Source: Octopus sinensis
Lineage: Eukaryota
Reading direction: 5' to 3'
DNA length: 64,000 bases
Assembly (NCBI RefSeq): GCF_006345805.1
Contig: NC_042998.1
Coordinates: forward strand, 194,494,001 to 194,558,000
In this document: piece after piece, positions 1 through 11,903 of the stretch
How the letters are laid out: each line of letters begins with the position of its first letter
Numbering within the stretch: the stretch's first letter is position 1
Made by a program: the position numbers and the translations under genes
Notes under the pieces: model-generated
What the model saw: only the letters and a program-made list of their open reading frames with translations
Told to the model about the DNA's origin: nothing
Databases searched by the model: none

Positions 1-198
1 GCGAAATGCGTAGCCGTATTTCGTCTGCCGTTACGTTCTGAGTTCAAATTCCGCCGAAGTCGACTTTGCCTTTCATTCTTTCTGGGTCGATAAATAAAGT
101 ACCAGTTACGCACTGGGGTCGATGTAATCGACTTAATCTCTTTGTCTGTCCTTGTTTGTCCCCTCTATGTTTAGCCCCTTGTGGGCAATAAAGAAATA
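1..198 (+). mobile_element. tRNA-derived SINE family C (cut by the window edge)
   Basis: GAGTTCAAATTCC B-box and aataaagaaata tail; homologous to the copies at 22527 and 63553. Confidence 0.85.
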
Positions 199-480
199 TA
201 TACATCTTGCCCTATTGAATGGTATGTTCCTTTTTGCATGGGAAGAGTGACAAGATCTAAACTTTAAATATTGGCGCGTGTCTGTATCATTGCAGTAGAG
301 GTCAGTTGTAACTGACTCCTTTTCTTTAATTATCAAAATGTCTAGAAATGGAAGTTCCCCTTCATTTATTTCCAAAATAAACTGGGATGATTCATGAAGG
401 CTATTTATTGATTTAAGGAGTTTGCAAGGTACTCCTTACTTTTGTTCTGAAAGTGAGGAGGACTTTTTGTAGTCACTCTT
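199..480 (-). mobile_element. Penelope-like element RT C-terminal fragment
   Basis: GELPFLDILI…DTRQYLKFRSCHSSHAKRNIP matches the PLE RT thumb motif LPFLD…YL.F.S.HP..K..IP. Confidence 0.75.
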
Positions 481-1300
481 AATCCTAACAATTCCTCCCA
501 ATTCTGCATCAATCACCCCCTCCACATCTTCTCCACCACAGCTCTTTCTCTGCTCTCAATATCACTTTTCTCTCTAGCTATCTAGAACCATCTCATTTGT
601 TAGCCTTTCTTCATCTATTAATATTGTTCTCCACACCCATCTGTTACAGTGGCCATTGCATCCGCATCCTCTCTGGACCACTCTGCCTGTCTATCTCTAT
701 GCAGCCTATCCAAACATATCATCTCTTTTCTTCCCCTGTCAACAGTGTCATCATCACTACCCTGATGCTAGCATACCTCTAGCCCCTCCCCAATTCAGGC
801 ATATCCCTTCCCCTCACCCCTTTTCAATCTTTACAGATGTTGCCTACCTTCTTCCCTCTTTATCACTTTCACTATCTTTTCACCCACACACTCTTACACC
901 TACCTGAGATGCCACCTGAACACTTCATCACCACTATCTATCTTTTTGGAGGTACCATCTATTCATTCTCACTTACTCTCTCTTAAATATTATCAACCAT
1001 GTAGCTCCCCCATGAGAACCAGCTCTACCTCAACCTCTTCTCTCATACCTTAAACCTCATCTACCACAAGGACACAACATCCCGTCTTTTCAGGCTTTGT
1101 AGGCTTGCAAGCTACATGATGGCTTCAATAGTGCTGGTGGCATAAAAATAAAAGGCACCTGGTATACACTGTAATGTGGTTGGGTATTACAAAGGGCATC
1201 CAACCACAGAAAACCATGCTAAAGTCAACAATAGAGCACAATGTAGTTCTTGGACTCATTGGATCCTTGTCAAACTCTCCAACCCATGCCAGCATGGAAT

Positions 1301-1748
1301 CATCATCATTGGTTAATGTCTGTTTTCCATGCTAGCATGGGTTGGACGGTTCGACCAGGGTCTGGGAAGCCAGGAGGCTGCACCAGGCTCCAGTCTGATC
1401 TGGCAGTGTTTCTACAGCTGGATGCCCTTCCAAACGCCAACCACTCCGTGAGTGTAGTGGGTGCTTTTTACGTGCCACCAGCACAGGGGCCAGAGGAGGC
1501 TGGCAACAGCCATGATCAGTTGGTGCTTTTTACATGCCAGTCAAGGCGGCGCTGGCATCGGCCACATTTGGATGGTGCTTTTTACGTGCCACTGGCACAG
1601 GTGCCAGAGGAGGCTGGCAATGACCACAATCGGTTGGTGCTTTTTACGTGCCACCGGCATGGGTATCACAACTACAATTTCCATTTGATTTTTATTTTGG
1701 TGTTGATGTACATGACTCAATAGGTCTCCTCAAGCATAGCAGGTCACC
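1301..1748 (-). mobile_element. RTE-tailed SINE family D, (GAT)n tail, with internal 60-67 bp units
   Basis: catcat…ttaatgtctgttttccatgctagcatgggttgg…gatgcccttcc; the same family recurs more than 20 times. Confidence 0.85.
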
Positions 1749-2134
1749 CTATGATGATGATGAAGATGACAACGATGATGATGATAATATATAGACACTC
1801 ATATGTGTTTGTGTATGTATGTTTGTGTCCACCTTTCTCTCTCTAAGTCATGTAAAAAAAAATTAAATAAAACTGAACACAGAATTTATGGATATTTAAA
1901 AAGAAAAAAGAGAATTATCCAGTGAATTTAGTATTACTTTCGGTAGAGACTTACAAAAGTGAAGACAGTGTTGGGAGATTTTGATAACACTCTGCTGGGA
2001 TCCTGGTCTGGTGGTCTGGATGCTTGCGATAGTGTGAATTCTGCCAAAGTTACCCATGGTAACTTGCAGAAAGATAATAAAGAATTTTAAGAAAAAAAAA
2101 TGACTACACAATCAAATGTATTCAAATAATTGGG

Positions 2135-2140
2135 TTTATT
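2135..2140 (-). terminator. Candidate poly(A) signal AATAAA of the CCDC181-like gene
   Basis: tttatt on the + strand, about 150 nt after the stop, in AT-rich 3' UTR. Confidence 0.45.
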
Positions 2141-2237
2141 TAATTTTTAAAATGTATATGGAAATAAAAATCTATTTCTAATACTGCCTTGAAAATAATG
2201 AAAAATTGAATTTAAAGAATGTTATAGATTTTTTTAG

Positions 2238-2295
2238 ATGACTCAATTCAATTCAGCTCAGTTCAACTCAACTCCATTCAACTCAGTTCAGCTCA
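2238..2295. repeat. Degenerate pentamer repeat (TTCAA/CTCAG-type) immediately after the stop codon
   Basis: actcaattcaattcagctcagttcaactcaactccattcaactcagttcagctca. Confidence 0.7.
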
Positions 2296-2473
2296 TTTCA
2301 GTTTTGAAACTGCATTTCTTGGCTCTTTATACCGAAAAGAATTATTTAGGCAGAGATTCCATGTCATGTTCTTAATCAATCTGGAACGATGTAACAAACG
2401 CTGATGAAACCAATTTTTCTGTTTTTTTAAGCATTTCTGTTTCTTTTTCTCAAGATATTTGCTTTCCAGCCAC
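2293..2473 (-). CDS. CCDC181: CCDC181-like gene, last coding exon (K/WLESKYLEKKKQK...SFRYKEPRNAVSKLK*)
   Basis: Acceptor ttattattcag|G at 2474/2473. Phase 2 matches the upstream exon ending CAA AA. The WL..K pattern resembles the CCDC181 C-terminus (recalled human AFKQWLRRKR). Confidence 0.85.
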
Positions 2474-2542
2474 CTGAATAATAATAAAAGACATCTCGTG
2501 GTAAAGAAGAAAGACAATGGAATAACAGAGTAGGGGATAGGT

Positions 2543-2864
2543 GTTAAGTAATTCTACAGGTATGACTGTGTGGTTAAGAAGCTTGCTTGGGAACTACTTG
2601 GTTTTGGGTTCAGCCCCACTGTATGACACCCTGGGCAAAGATCTTCTGATATAACCCTAATCCAACCAATGACTTGGTGAAATGGTTGACAGAAACAGTG
2701 TGGAAGTCTGTCATGGCTGTGTGGTAAGAAGCTTGCTTCCCAACCACATGATTCTAGCTTCAGTCCCACTGTGTGGCACCTTGGGCAAGTATCTTGTACT
2801 ATAACCTTGGGCTGACCAAAGCCTTGTGAGTGGATTTGGTAGACAGAAACTGAAAGAAGTCCAT

Positions 2865-2895
<31 letters not shown>

Positions 2896-3310
2896 ATGGG
2901 TCTGCACCCCCCCCCCATCACTGCTTGACAACTGGTGTTGGTGTATTTACATACTTGTGACTTAGCAGTTCAGTAAAAGAGACTGACAGAATAAGTACTA
3001 GGCTTTAAAAAGTAAGTCCCAAAGTCAATTTGTTCAACTAAAATCCTTCAAGATGGTGCTCCAGTATGGCCACAGTCAAATGACTGAAACAAATAGAAGA
3101 TTACATATATATACACATATGTACACACACATGCATGTGTGTGTGTGTGTTTGTGTCAGTGTTTGTTTAGATCCCCATAACTTGGCAGTTTGGCAAAAAG
3201 AGACTGATAGAATAAGTATCAAACTTAAACAAATAAGTACTGAGGTGTGATTTGTTTGACAAAAACCTAGCATGGCCATAGTTCAATGACTGAAATAAGT
3301 AAAAGCTAAA
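2543..3310 (+). mobile_element. Cluster of degenerate SINE family A copies
   Basis: Repeated gctgtgtggtaag…ccttgggcaagt…tagaataagtact segments. Confidence 0.75.
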
Positions 3311-3634
3311 AGATATACTTCCTTCTTAGAAGTTAATTTGTCTGTACCACCTTATATAAATAACTGAAGAATATATATTTGTTTGCAAGAGCAGTAACTA
3401 GTTGTTGTTGTTGTTCAGCTTTCAGTTATACCGCTGACTGAAAATGTTCCAACCATGAATTTCTCAACGATAAGTATAAGACTGCATTGTTGTATGTGCA
3501 TGTGTGATTTGATGGATATTTGGTTGCCATTTCCGTTTAGTCAAGTGATTGTCAAGAAGCCACTTTTTGAATTGGTGGTAATGGTATCAGTGTTCTTATC
3601 ATGTGACCTTAGGTCAGTCATAACTCTGTGGAGG

Positions 3635-3915
3635 CACATGGCCTAGTTGTTAGAGCAGCGGACTTGTGGTCGAGGGATCGTGGATTCAAATCTCAGACTG
3701 GGCGATGTGTGTGTTTATGAGCGAAACACCTAAGCTCTACGCGGCTCCAGCAGAAGATAATGGCGAACCTCTGCTGACTCTTTCGCCACAACTTTCTCTC
3801 ACTCTTTCCTCCCGCATCTTGCAGCTCACCTGCGACGGACCGGTGTCCCGTCCAGGTGGGGAACCAAAACGCCAAGGAAACCGGCCCTGATGAGCCAGGC
3901 GTGGCTCGAGAAGGA
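3635..3915 (+). mobile_element. tRNA-derived SINE family B (subfamily)
   Basis: ggaggcacatggcctagttgttagagcagcggac head; similar to the copies at 9490 and 56388. Confidence 0.75.
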
Positions 3916-5072
3916 AGTTATAATTCTGCAGACCCATGATCAAAATCATTCCATCGTATTTTCAAGCAGTGTATTTAAGATAGTTTTATCCCAAATTTCC
4001 TTACATGAAGTGATATGAGAGAGGTCTGGCTGCTATTTCTAATCAGATGAGTGACTACATGAATGCTCTTTGGCTGTCTCAAAATCTAACAAGTCTCCAT
4101 CAGAGATATATCATCATCATCATTTAACGTCCGCTTTCCATGCTAGCATGGGTTGGAAAATCTAGATAATCTAGATAAAAATATTTTCTTCAAAATTATT
4201 TCGCGATTATACAAGATATAAAGTCTGAAATGGGAGTAAAAGCATTGGTGTCAGCACATAAAATCCAGAAAGATCCATGTATGGAAACGACTGAATCTTT
4301 TATTAACTTGGATTTTACATATTTTAGAAAAATGAAAATATCCAAAATTTAAACTAATCTCATTTGTCATGTTCATATATGTGTGCGTATGTGTGTGTGT
4401 GTGTGCGTACACACGTGCTACTGCTGCCTGTAAAAGCAGAGGGGTGTCCACATCTGCCTTCTAGTCTTTAAGCAACCAGACTGTCAGTTTTCGAGAATTT
4501 TTGATTCATGAGATTATCTCCCCTTATCATTTAGAGTTAGCAACAACCGCCATCAAATGATTAATCTACCCTCTCTGGAAGCAAAGATAATTTCAATAAA
4601 GAATTTATCTTGTATATTATTTACTATATTCTTCTTTGTTGTTCTAGCACATGCCACTAGCCACTCTGAATTATATCTCTTAGCTTATTTTCATATAATT
4701 TATGCAAATTGTTTAAGCTTTAAATATATTCTACTCTTTTCTGTATATGTCTAAGTGTCTCTTCTGCTGAACATAAGGTAGGGCAATTGCTGTGCTGAAC
4801 ATGCTTATTGAGGCAGGAATATATGTCCACAGCTGTCTTTAGACAAGAGAGCAAAGAGAAGATTGTCTTCTCCTTAATAACGCCAATTTTAGAGAATCTG
4901 TGATTCTTGAGGTTATCTCCCCTCGTCATTTAGTATTGGTACCAAAGGACACCAAGCAGTTGACTTACTCTCTCTAGAAGTGGAAATAATTTCAAATATT
5001 TTTCTATAAATCAAACTGTATCTTGTATGTTATTTGATATATATATATATATATATATCAAATATATATCAC

Positions 5073-5450
5073 AGCAGGAGTGGCTGTGTGGTAAGTAGCT
5101 TGCTAACAACCACATGGTTCCGGGTTCAGTCCCACTGCGTGGCATCTTGGGCAAGTGTCTTCTGCTATAGCCCCGGGCTGACCAATGCCAGTGGATTTGG
5201 TAGACGGAAACTGAAAGAAGCCTGTCGTATATATGTATATATGCCTGTGTGTGTTTGTGTGTCTGTGTTTGTCCCCCTAGCATTGCTTGACAACCGATGC
5301 TGATGTGTTTACGTCCCTGTCACTTAGCGGTTCGGCAAAAGAGACCGATAGAATAAGTACTGGGCTTACAAAGAATAAGTCCTAGGGTCAATTTGCTCGA
5401 CTAAAGGTGGTGCTCCAGCATGGCCACAGTCAAAACGACTGAAACAAGTA
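5073..5450 (+). mobile_element. SINE family A
   Basis: aggagtggctgtgtggtaagtagc…GGTTCAGTCCC B-box, central (TA/GT) microsatellite, actgaaacaagta end. Confidence 0.9.
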
Positions 5451-5531
5451 ATCTTCCTCTGATATTGTTGCACTTCTTATGTATTCAAGATATAATCTTC
5501 CTCTGATATTGTTGCACTTCTTATGTATTCA
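5449..5531. repeat. Perfect 39-bp tandem duplication
   Basis: taatcttcctctgatattgttgcacttcttatgtattca x2, separated by agata. Confidence 0.85.
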
Positions 5532-5862
5532 TAGCTTATACCAGGTACATCTTATGGAGTTTCTACCTGTGCTTTTTCCACAGATCAAGCAGGGCCAACT
5601 ACTTGAAGGGATTTGTGATTTGTTTGCTTTCTTACTTACTAAGACTTTGGTTTTTTGCTTCCACATTTGGAACTTCTTCTCTAGTTCTTGTAGTGATTCA
5701 GCTACAAAAACAAGGTCATCAGCATAGAGTAGCTCCCAAGGGCAGCCTGTCTTAAATTCTGTTATTGCTGGACTATGATGAACAAGAGGAGTTGAGGATT
5801 GACCATTGGTGAATCCCTACTTGTACTCTGAATTCTTTGCTATACTCGTTGCCAACACTCAC

Positions 5863-6066
5863 AGGGTACATAGTATTGTATCATCAAGGTTCATAATACT
5901 GTGTTATCAGGGTACATGATACTGCATCATCAGGTTACATAGTATTCTATTATTGGCATACAACAGTACTGTCTCATCAGGATACAGTACTGTATTAGTA
6001 GGGTATACAGTTATTTGGTCAATTGATACTGTTTTATCCAGTACCTAGTGCTATATTGTCAGGTAC
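5863..6066. repeat. Degenerate ~22-bp minisatellite
   Basis: Recurring ggtacatagtactgtatcatca-like units. Confidence 0.6.
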
Positions 6067-6244
6067 ACAGAACAGCCACTGGACAGCTACTGCACACTGT
6101 GGTTCTTACTGATGGCTTGCTAGATTGGTATATTGAGAATTAGATGTTTTGCTTTGAATATTATATAGTGTCAGTGAAAAAATACAATCTGCTGTCCTTT
6201 CAGTTGTCAGTTACCCTATTAAAAGTCATGATCTGTAGTTATTG

Positions 6245-6490
6245 ATGTAATATAGTCGTGCTGGTGGCACGTAAAAAGCACCATCCGTTCGTGGCCGTTG
6301 CCAGCCCCGTCTGGCATGTAAAAAGCACCCACTAAACTCATGGAGTGGTTGGCGTTAGGAAGGGCATCCAGCCGTATAAACATTGCCAGATCAGACTGGG
6401 CCTGGTGCAGCCTTCTGGCTTCCCAGACTCCAGTTGAACCGTCCAACCCATGCTAGCATGGAAAGCGGACGCTAAACGATGAACGATGAT
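6245..6490 (+). mobile_element. SINE family D
   Basis: ggcgttaggaagggcatccagc…catggaaagcggacgctaaacgatga. Confidence 0.85.
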
Positions 6491-6617
6491 ATAGCTTAAC
6501 ACTGTTCCACAACCTTAATGCATTGTCATAAATATATAAACATGCAAAGGAATGGAAATTTTGCAAATGCCAGTTATCAGCACCAAACAAATTTTCCACA
6601 TTTATATTGCGTCTTAC

Positions 6618-6778
6618 TTTTGATAAGCATTTTCAATTTCTTCTGGACTTCGATCTTTCTTGACACTGTCCATCTCTTGTTGTTGCCGTTTCCGAAGTAA
6701 TCGTTCTTGCTTAAGTTGTTTGTGTTTTTTCTGCACCCAAATCCGGTGAATATCAGTTTCTTTTCTCATTCTCTCTTC
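6618..6778 (-). CDS. CCDC181: CCDC181-like exon (EERMRKETDIHRIWVQKKHKQLKQERLL...EEIENAYQ)
   Basis: Acceptor ttgaattgcag|GAA and donor AA|gtaaga; 161 nt, phase 0 to 2. Resembles recalled human AFRLWLKKKHEEQ. Confidence 0.88.
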
Positions 6779-7076
6779 CTGCAATTCAAAATGTGAAAAT
6801 AACGCAATTCTTCTTAGAGGATTGATACCAAACATATCAATGACAAAAGATTAAAACAATTTTATTACAACCAATATTATGTCAGTTCTGCTTACAGCAC
6901 TGTGCACAATCTACAATACTGTTTATATGGTAATGGTAACTAAGGCATATAAGGTAAATAACATCTACATTTGAAGGAGGTGACATGCTTTATTCTGCTC
7001 TTAAATGTAATCTCAGTGAGATTTACTTAGGAGGCTTGCTATTTTATCTTCTGTGATTCATATAAAAATAATAAAA

Positions 7077-7460
7077 AATAATAATGAAATTATTGTATAC
7101 AGTGCTCAGGTGCACCACAACTTGTCAGACAGTGCATATAAAGCATGTGCAGTAATGTACAAATGTCTGGAAAGTGAACAATGCATGAGTCAGATACATG
7201 CTTGCGTGTGTATGGGGGGAGAAAATCAGGTGTAGTGTTGGTGAATCTCAGAAAGCATGGAAGTTTTGAAGGATGCAGTGCTCCGACAACTAACAACTGA
7301 TGCTGGCAGTTTGTTCCATGCTTCAGCAACTCTCAGCGTGAAAAAATGTTTCCTGAAGTCATGGGAGCTGTGCTGTTTTCTGACTTTGTAAACATGTCCA
7401 CGGGTGTTAGACAGCTGGAGTTTGAAAAGGTGCTCAGAGTTATCTATTACATGAAAATAT
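7077..7460 (-). mobile_element. CR1/L2-clade LINE 3' fragment
   Basis: NTRGHVYKVRKQHSSHDFRKHFFTLRVAEAWNKLP is a typical CR1-type RT C-terminus; (ATT)n tail. Confidence 0.85.
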
Positions 7461-7897
7461 TTCATGAATATGGATCTAGTGTTTCTGATTTTGTTATTTT
7501 ATAATTTCAGTTTGTTTTCTTCTCTCTTTCTCCCCCCCCCTCCTTCTCACTTTTTTTGTACAATAACTTGTGAAAATTAGGTTCTTTTCAGAAGTATTTG
7601 TTCATTAGGGAGTAGAACTGTGAAGCTAGACTGGTAACTGTGTCAGCAAAATCACCAGATATCCAATCAAGAAGTCAGTATTTAATTTCTAATCACCAGA
7701 ACTGTATTTTGTCTATAACCAACACACAACTTGCAATGGCTTCACATGTAGAAATTTGAAACCTTGTTTTCCAATGTGTACCAGTAGTTGATTAAATGTC
7801 TAAATGTCTGAACTGAGTTAATCAAAGGTTATAATTTCTTTTAAAGATGTTAACTCATCTTTAGAAATGAAAGACTTTTCAATATTTTAATTACTTT

Positions 7898-8107
7898 GGC
7901 AGCAAGCTGGTAGAATTGTTAGCATGCTGGAAAAAGTGCTTAGCAGCGTTTTGTTTGTATTTACGATCTGAGTTTAAATTCCATAGGACCAACTTTGCCT
8001 TTCATCCTTTCAGGGTCAATAAAATAAGAAGCAGTTGAACACTGGGGTCGATGTAATTGACTTAACCCTCCCCCAAAGTTGCTGGCCTTGTGCCAAAATT
8101 TGAAACC
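7898..8107 (+). mobile_element. SINE family C
   Basis: Homology to the copy at 22527; aatattttaat is repeated on both sides. Confidence 0.75.
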
Positions 8108-8717
8108 AATATTTTAATCACCTCTAATAATAAGGTTAAAAGTCCAGCAAATTATAATTTTATTGCTTTCTAGTGTTGATGCAAATGATTTAAAATTGTA
8201 AAGATCACAAATTTGTAATGAAGGGGTATATATTAAGCCAACAAAAATGATTCTACAAGATCACTTGACCTTGTAAAGAGACCAGCCAAATTTTCCTCAA
8301 ACCCCAATCTACCATTCTACAAAAGTAGACATTGAATAATGTAGTCACAGATGGAAAGTTTTTGATCATAAGTCTGTTTTATCAGGGCTGACATAGGGCA
8401 AAATAGCAACTGGTACATATTTTATTGGTACTCACTCCTCTGAGCTGTGAACAGAGAACATAAAAGGATGTAAAGAGATATTTTTTCTCAAACCAGAATT
8501 ACTATTTGACTGCTATTTCTAGGAGATCTAGCAACATGTATTGGCTTTCTAATTGGTTGCTGTGATTATTGATCTTCAGCACCATATCAGTCCTGAGTTA
8601 TCCAACCTTCGATCAATAGCATTCTAGCTGTGACCACCCTGTCTTTTTAAAAGTACATACAGACTGCATTAGATATTCTTCTATATTCCATATTTAACAT
8701 AGAAAGTATATTCCTTA

Positions 8718-9110
8718 TCTCTCTCTATATAAAGCTGAAGTTGTCTGTGTATTGCAGGTTTGGTAGCCTTCAACTAACACTATCTCCCCTGAGACCCTGC
8801 GGCACAAGTTGACCAAAATTGATGTATGATAGAAGAAGGCTTGCTCTTCTTTCCGTAGAAGAAAAAATTCAAATTGGACCATGTTAGCACCAAAAATTAT
8901 TTACATCAAAAAGGTGCTTTTTTTCTATGAAAATCCTTATATTTTACGATTTTTTTTACTGCTGTGTCGCCATTTTTCGGTGTATTTCAACCAGAAAAAA
9001 TGATCACTTCAAGAGAATAACAATCTACATAATGCAAAATTTTTACTTTTCAAAAATTCCAATTCTAAAGGGTCAAAACAAACCCGAGCAATGCCAGGCG
9101 ATACTGCTAG
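8718..9110 (+). mobile_element. Non-autonomous Helitron (family A)
   Basis: 5' TC after A, 3' cccgagcaatgccaggcg hairpin plus CTAG followed by T, no TSD. Confidence 0.8.
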
Positions 9111-9488
9111 TTTCAGATAATTTTGATAATGAATACTTACAAATGGTATTAAATTCTAGGTGGTAGAGTATTCTACAGACTCATACTTTTAATGTAAACC
9201 TCAGGCAGAATCAATATGACAAGGTTGCCTTCTTTTATAGGTTTCTTGGGCTTTCACACAATTTCCATTTACAAAATTTCAGTCATAAGGTTGGGTTCAA
9301 CTTATGGCCAGTGTAGAAGACGCCAAGATGTGGAATCAGCCCTCAGTATTAGGAAATAAAAGTTCTAACTATTTTGTCTAGCCTACTTTCACAGACACAT
9401 CATAAAGTCACACACATATATACACATCAGTTTGCTTGGTGGCTCCACTATTGTAGTATGTACAGGTATGGAGGCGCAATGTAGTATA

Positions 9489-9866
9489 GAGGCGCAATGG
9501 CCCAGTGGTTGGGCAGCGGACTCGCAGTAGTAGGATCGCGGTTTCGATTCCCAGACCGGGCGTTGTGAGTGTTTATTGAGCGAAAACACCTAAAGCTCCA
9601 CGAGGCTCCGGCAGGGATGGTGGTGATTCCTGCTGTACTCTTTCACCACAACTTTCTCTCACTCTTACTTCCTGTTTCTGTTGTACCTGTATTTCAAAGA
9701 GCCGGCCTTGTCACTCTCTGTGTCACGCTGAATATCCCCGAGAACTACGTTAAGGGTTACACGTGTCTGTGGAGTGCTCAGCCACTTACACGTTAATTTC
9801 ACGAGCAGGCTGTTCCATTGATTGGATCAACCGGAACCCTCATCGTCGTAACCGACGGAGTGCTTC
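9489..9866 (+). mobile_element. tRNA-derived SINE family B
   Basis: ggcgcaatggcccagtggtt A-box and GGTTTCGATTCCC B-box; near-identical to the copies at 54504 and 57454. Confidence 0.9.
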
Positions 9867-9874
9867 CCTTCCAC

Positions 9875-10200
9875 ATGTACAGGTCTACCACAGAGTTTGG
9901 TTTGTTCACCACACTTCTTGTATATCAAAGGCCTACTTGGTGTCACTTCCAGCAATGTCCATTCTTATGCAGATGATATCATTCCACTCTTTCCTAAACG
10001 TTGGGGTGAGACAAGCTGGAAGGAAAGGGCTGTGATGTCAACCCAACATCAACCAAATGCAACTAGACGTCTCATTCAAAATCTGCACTGATTTCATGAA
10101 CCTCAGAAACATATTCTAGTGATGTCATGTCAATTCTGCTTCCTTCAACAGCACAAAGGCACATATACTACATATATCAAAGGAAAATATAGTATCCTCT
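9875..10200 (+). mobile_element. Decayed LINE RT core fragment
   Basis: GLPQSLVCSPHFLYIKGLLGVTSSNVHSYADD resembles the GVPQGS…YADD RT motifs. Confidence 0.7.
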
Positions 10201-10227
10201 CCCTAAAAACAATACAGTAACCTGACC

Positions 10228-10444
10228 TTAACCCTTTTGTTACTAACCCGGCCAAAACCGGCTCTTGCTCTGTGGTAAAATGTCTTGTTTTCATAAGTTT
10301 TTAATTAAAATCTTCCACCAATCCTTAGTCACAATTTGTGTTCCTAACACTAGATTAATGATAACTAAGTTATTTTACTAAATTCTTTGTTATATCTAAA
10401 ATAATTGAGAGAAACATAGAGCATCTCAAAATAAATACAGTAAC
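10228..10444 (+). mobile_element. piggyBac-type MITE, right end cut by a SINE
   Basis: Starts TTAA CCCTTTTGTTAC; a homologous inverted copy at 39090-39298 ends cgaaagggTTAA. Confidence 0.65.
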
Positions 10445-10628
10445 ATCATCATCATCATCATCATTTAACGTCCGTTCTCCATGTTAGCATGGGTTGGACG
10501 GTTCGACCGGGGATCTGGGAAGCCAGAAGGCTGCACCAGGCTCCAGTCTTATCGGGCAATGTTTCTACAGCTGGATGCCCTTCCTAACGCCAACCACTCC
10601 GTGAGTGTAGTGGGTGCTTTTTACGTGA
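10444..10628 (-). mobile_element. SINE family D 3' part
   Basis: (CAT)n followed by ttaacgtccgttctccatg…. Confidence 0.85.
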
Positions 10629-10669
10629 ACAGCATGTACACACACACACACACACGCAAAAATGAATCA

Positions 10670-10855
10670 AATCTTGAGCACAGAAAGAATAGCTGTGAGA
10701 ACAGCTTTAGAAAATCAGGTAAAATACCCCTATAGATGGAAAAAAAGGTAACCAAAAGCTTCTACAGAGAATTAAACTTTTTCCATCTGTAAGGGTATTT
10801 TACCTGATTTTGTAAAGCTGTTTTCACACCTATTCTCCTGCATTTGAGATTTTCT
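10670..10855. repeat. Imperfect foldback (~75-bp arms)
   Basis: aaaatcaggtaaaatacccctatagatggaaaaa pairs with tttttccatctgtaagggtattttacctgatttt. Confidence 0.8.
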
Positions 10856-10903
10856 TCATTTCAAAAAATATTTCAACTCACTCGACACTTCAATGTTTAC
10901 TTA

Positions 10904-10943
<40 letters not shown>

Positions 10944-11025
10944 TCAATATAAGGGTAGCAAAAAATTCAATAGAAATTTTTTTCGCCACCAGCGGCCCAG
11001 TGAGAAAGAGAAAATAGTCACAGAC

Positions 11026-11325
11026 TATATATATATAATTTCAACAATATTAAGGAATGGCCCTGATAGGCCGTTCGACTCACCAGAAAGAGCAGCCAAA
11101 CTCAAACCGCTAAATAGTAGTAATTCAGAAATCAAAGGAAAATCAAAAACATATACCCTAATCATCCTTGGATGATTGTCCAAGGATGATTAGGGTAAAT
11201 GTTTTTGATTTTCCTTTGATTTCTGAATTACTACTATTTAGCGGTTTGAGTTTGGCTGCTCTTTCTGGTGAGTCGAACGGCCTATCAGGGCCATTCCTTA
11301 ATATTGTTGAAATTATATATATATA
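11026..11325. repeat. ~147-bp near-perfect inverted repeat with 6-nt loop
   Basis: Arms end at 11172 and start at 11179; loop tgattg; one mismatch seen (atata/attta). Confidence 0.95.
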
Positions 11326-11370
11326 TATATACATACATATATATATAATCACATGAACACAACAGTTTAC

Positions 11371-11903
11371 CTCTTCCCTCTTATTCCTTTCCATTTCTTC
11401 CTGAAGTTTCCACTGTTTCTTAACTGCCATTTCTCTCTCTTTGGTTTGATTCAGCCAACATTCAAAAGCGATCTTATTTATTTTCCGCTTTTCCTCTTCC
11501 CTTGCCTTCTCTTCTTTCACAGCCTTTCTCATCTTTTCTTTGGCTAAACGCAGCTGCTTCTGAACAGCTTCCTTTTGCTCAGCAGTTAAAGCATATGGAG
11601 AATTGTAGGAACCACAAGTTGAAAATGGACGGTTTTGAAGGTAATTCCTCTGGAATTCAATATTCAAATTAGCTGTCAGAGGACGGTGACTTTGTGGTTC
11701 TAGCTGTTGTCGTTGGTCTTTAGTAGATTTCTGTTTTCTTGGACTATCGGCTGGCAGTCTTTTCATTCTGTTTACCAATGCATTCATATCATCTGGAGTA
11801 ACCAGATCAAAATGGCCATCTCGTTCAATGACCATATCATAGTCATTTTCCAGCCTTTCCTCTTGTTTGTCATTGGAATCCCATTTTGTAGGTTCCTTAA
11901 GAT
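11371..11903 (-). CDS. CCDC181: CCDC181-like large exon (…MVIERDGHFDLVTPDD…SPYALTAEQKE…NKIAFECWLNQTKERE…)
   Basis: Acceptor cttattatttag|AT and donor GAG|gtaaac; 533 nt, phase 1 to 0. Motifs match recalled human ILVERDGKFELL, STYCLSPRQKE and NDIVFKAWLQKK. Confidence 0.9.

Noticed and set aside
9489-9566. tRNA genes (also at 54504, 56388, 57454 and 17180)
   Set aside because: A/B boxes are present but there is no proper cloverleaf or acceptor stem; they continue into SINE bodies with TSDs.
11040-11110. Hammerhead motif within the 147-bp palindrome arms
   Set aside because: ctgatagg and ctggtga resemble the core, but no stem II followed by GAAA could be assembled.
10903-11175. Plus-strand ORF duplicating the C-terminus of the 253-aa minus-strand ORF
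   Set aside because: Artefact of the palindrome. The true exon ends at the donor at 11371.
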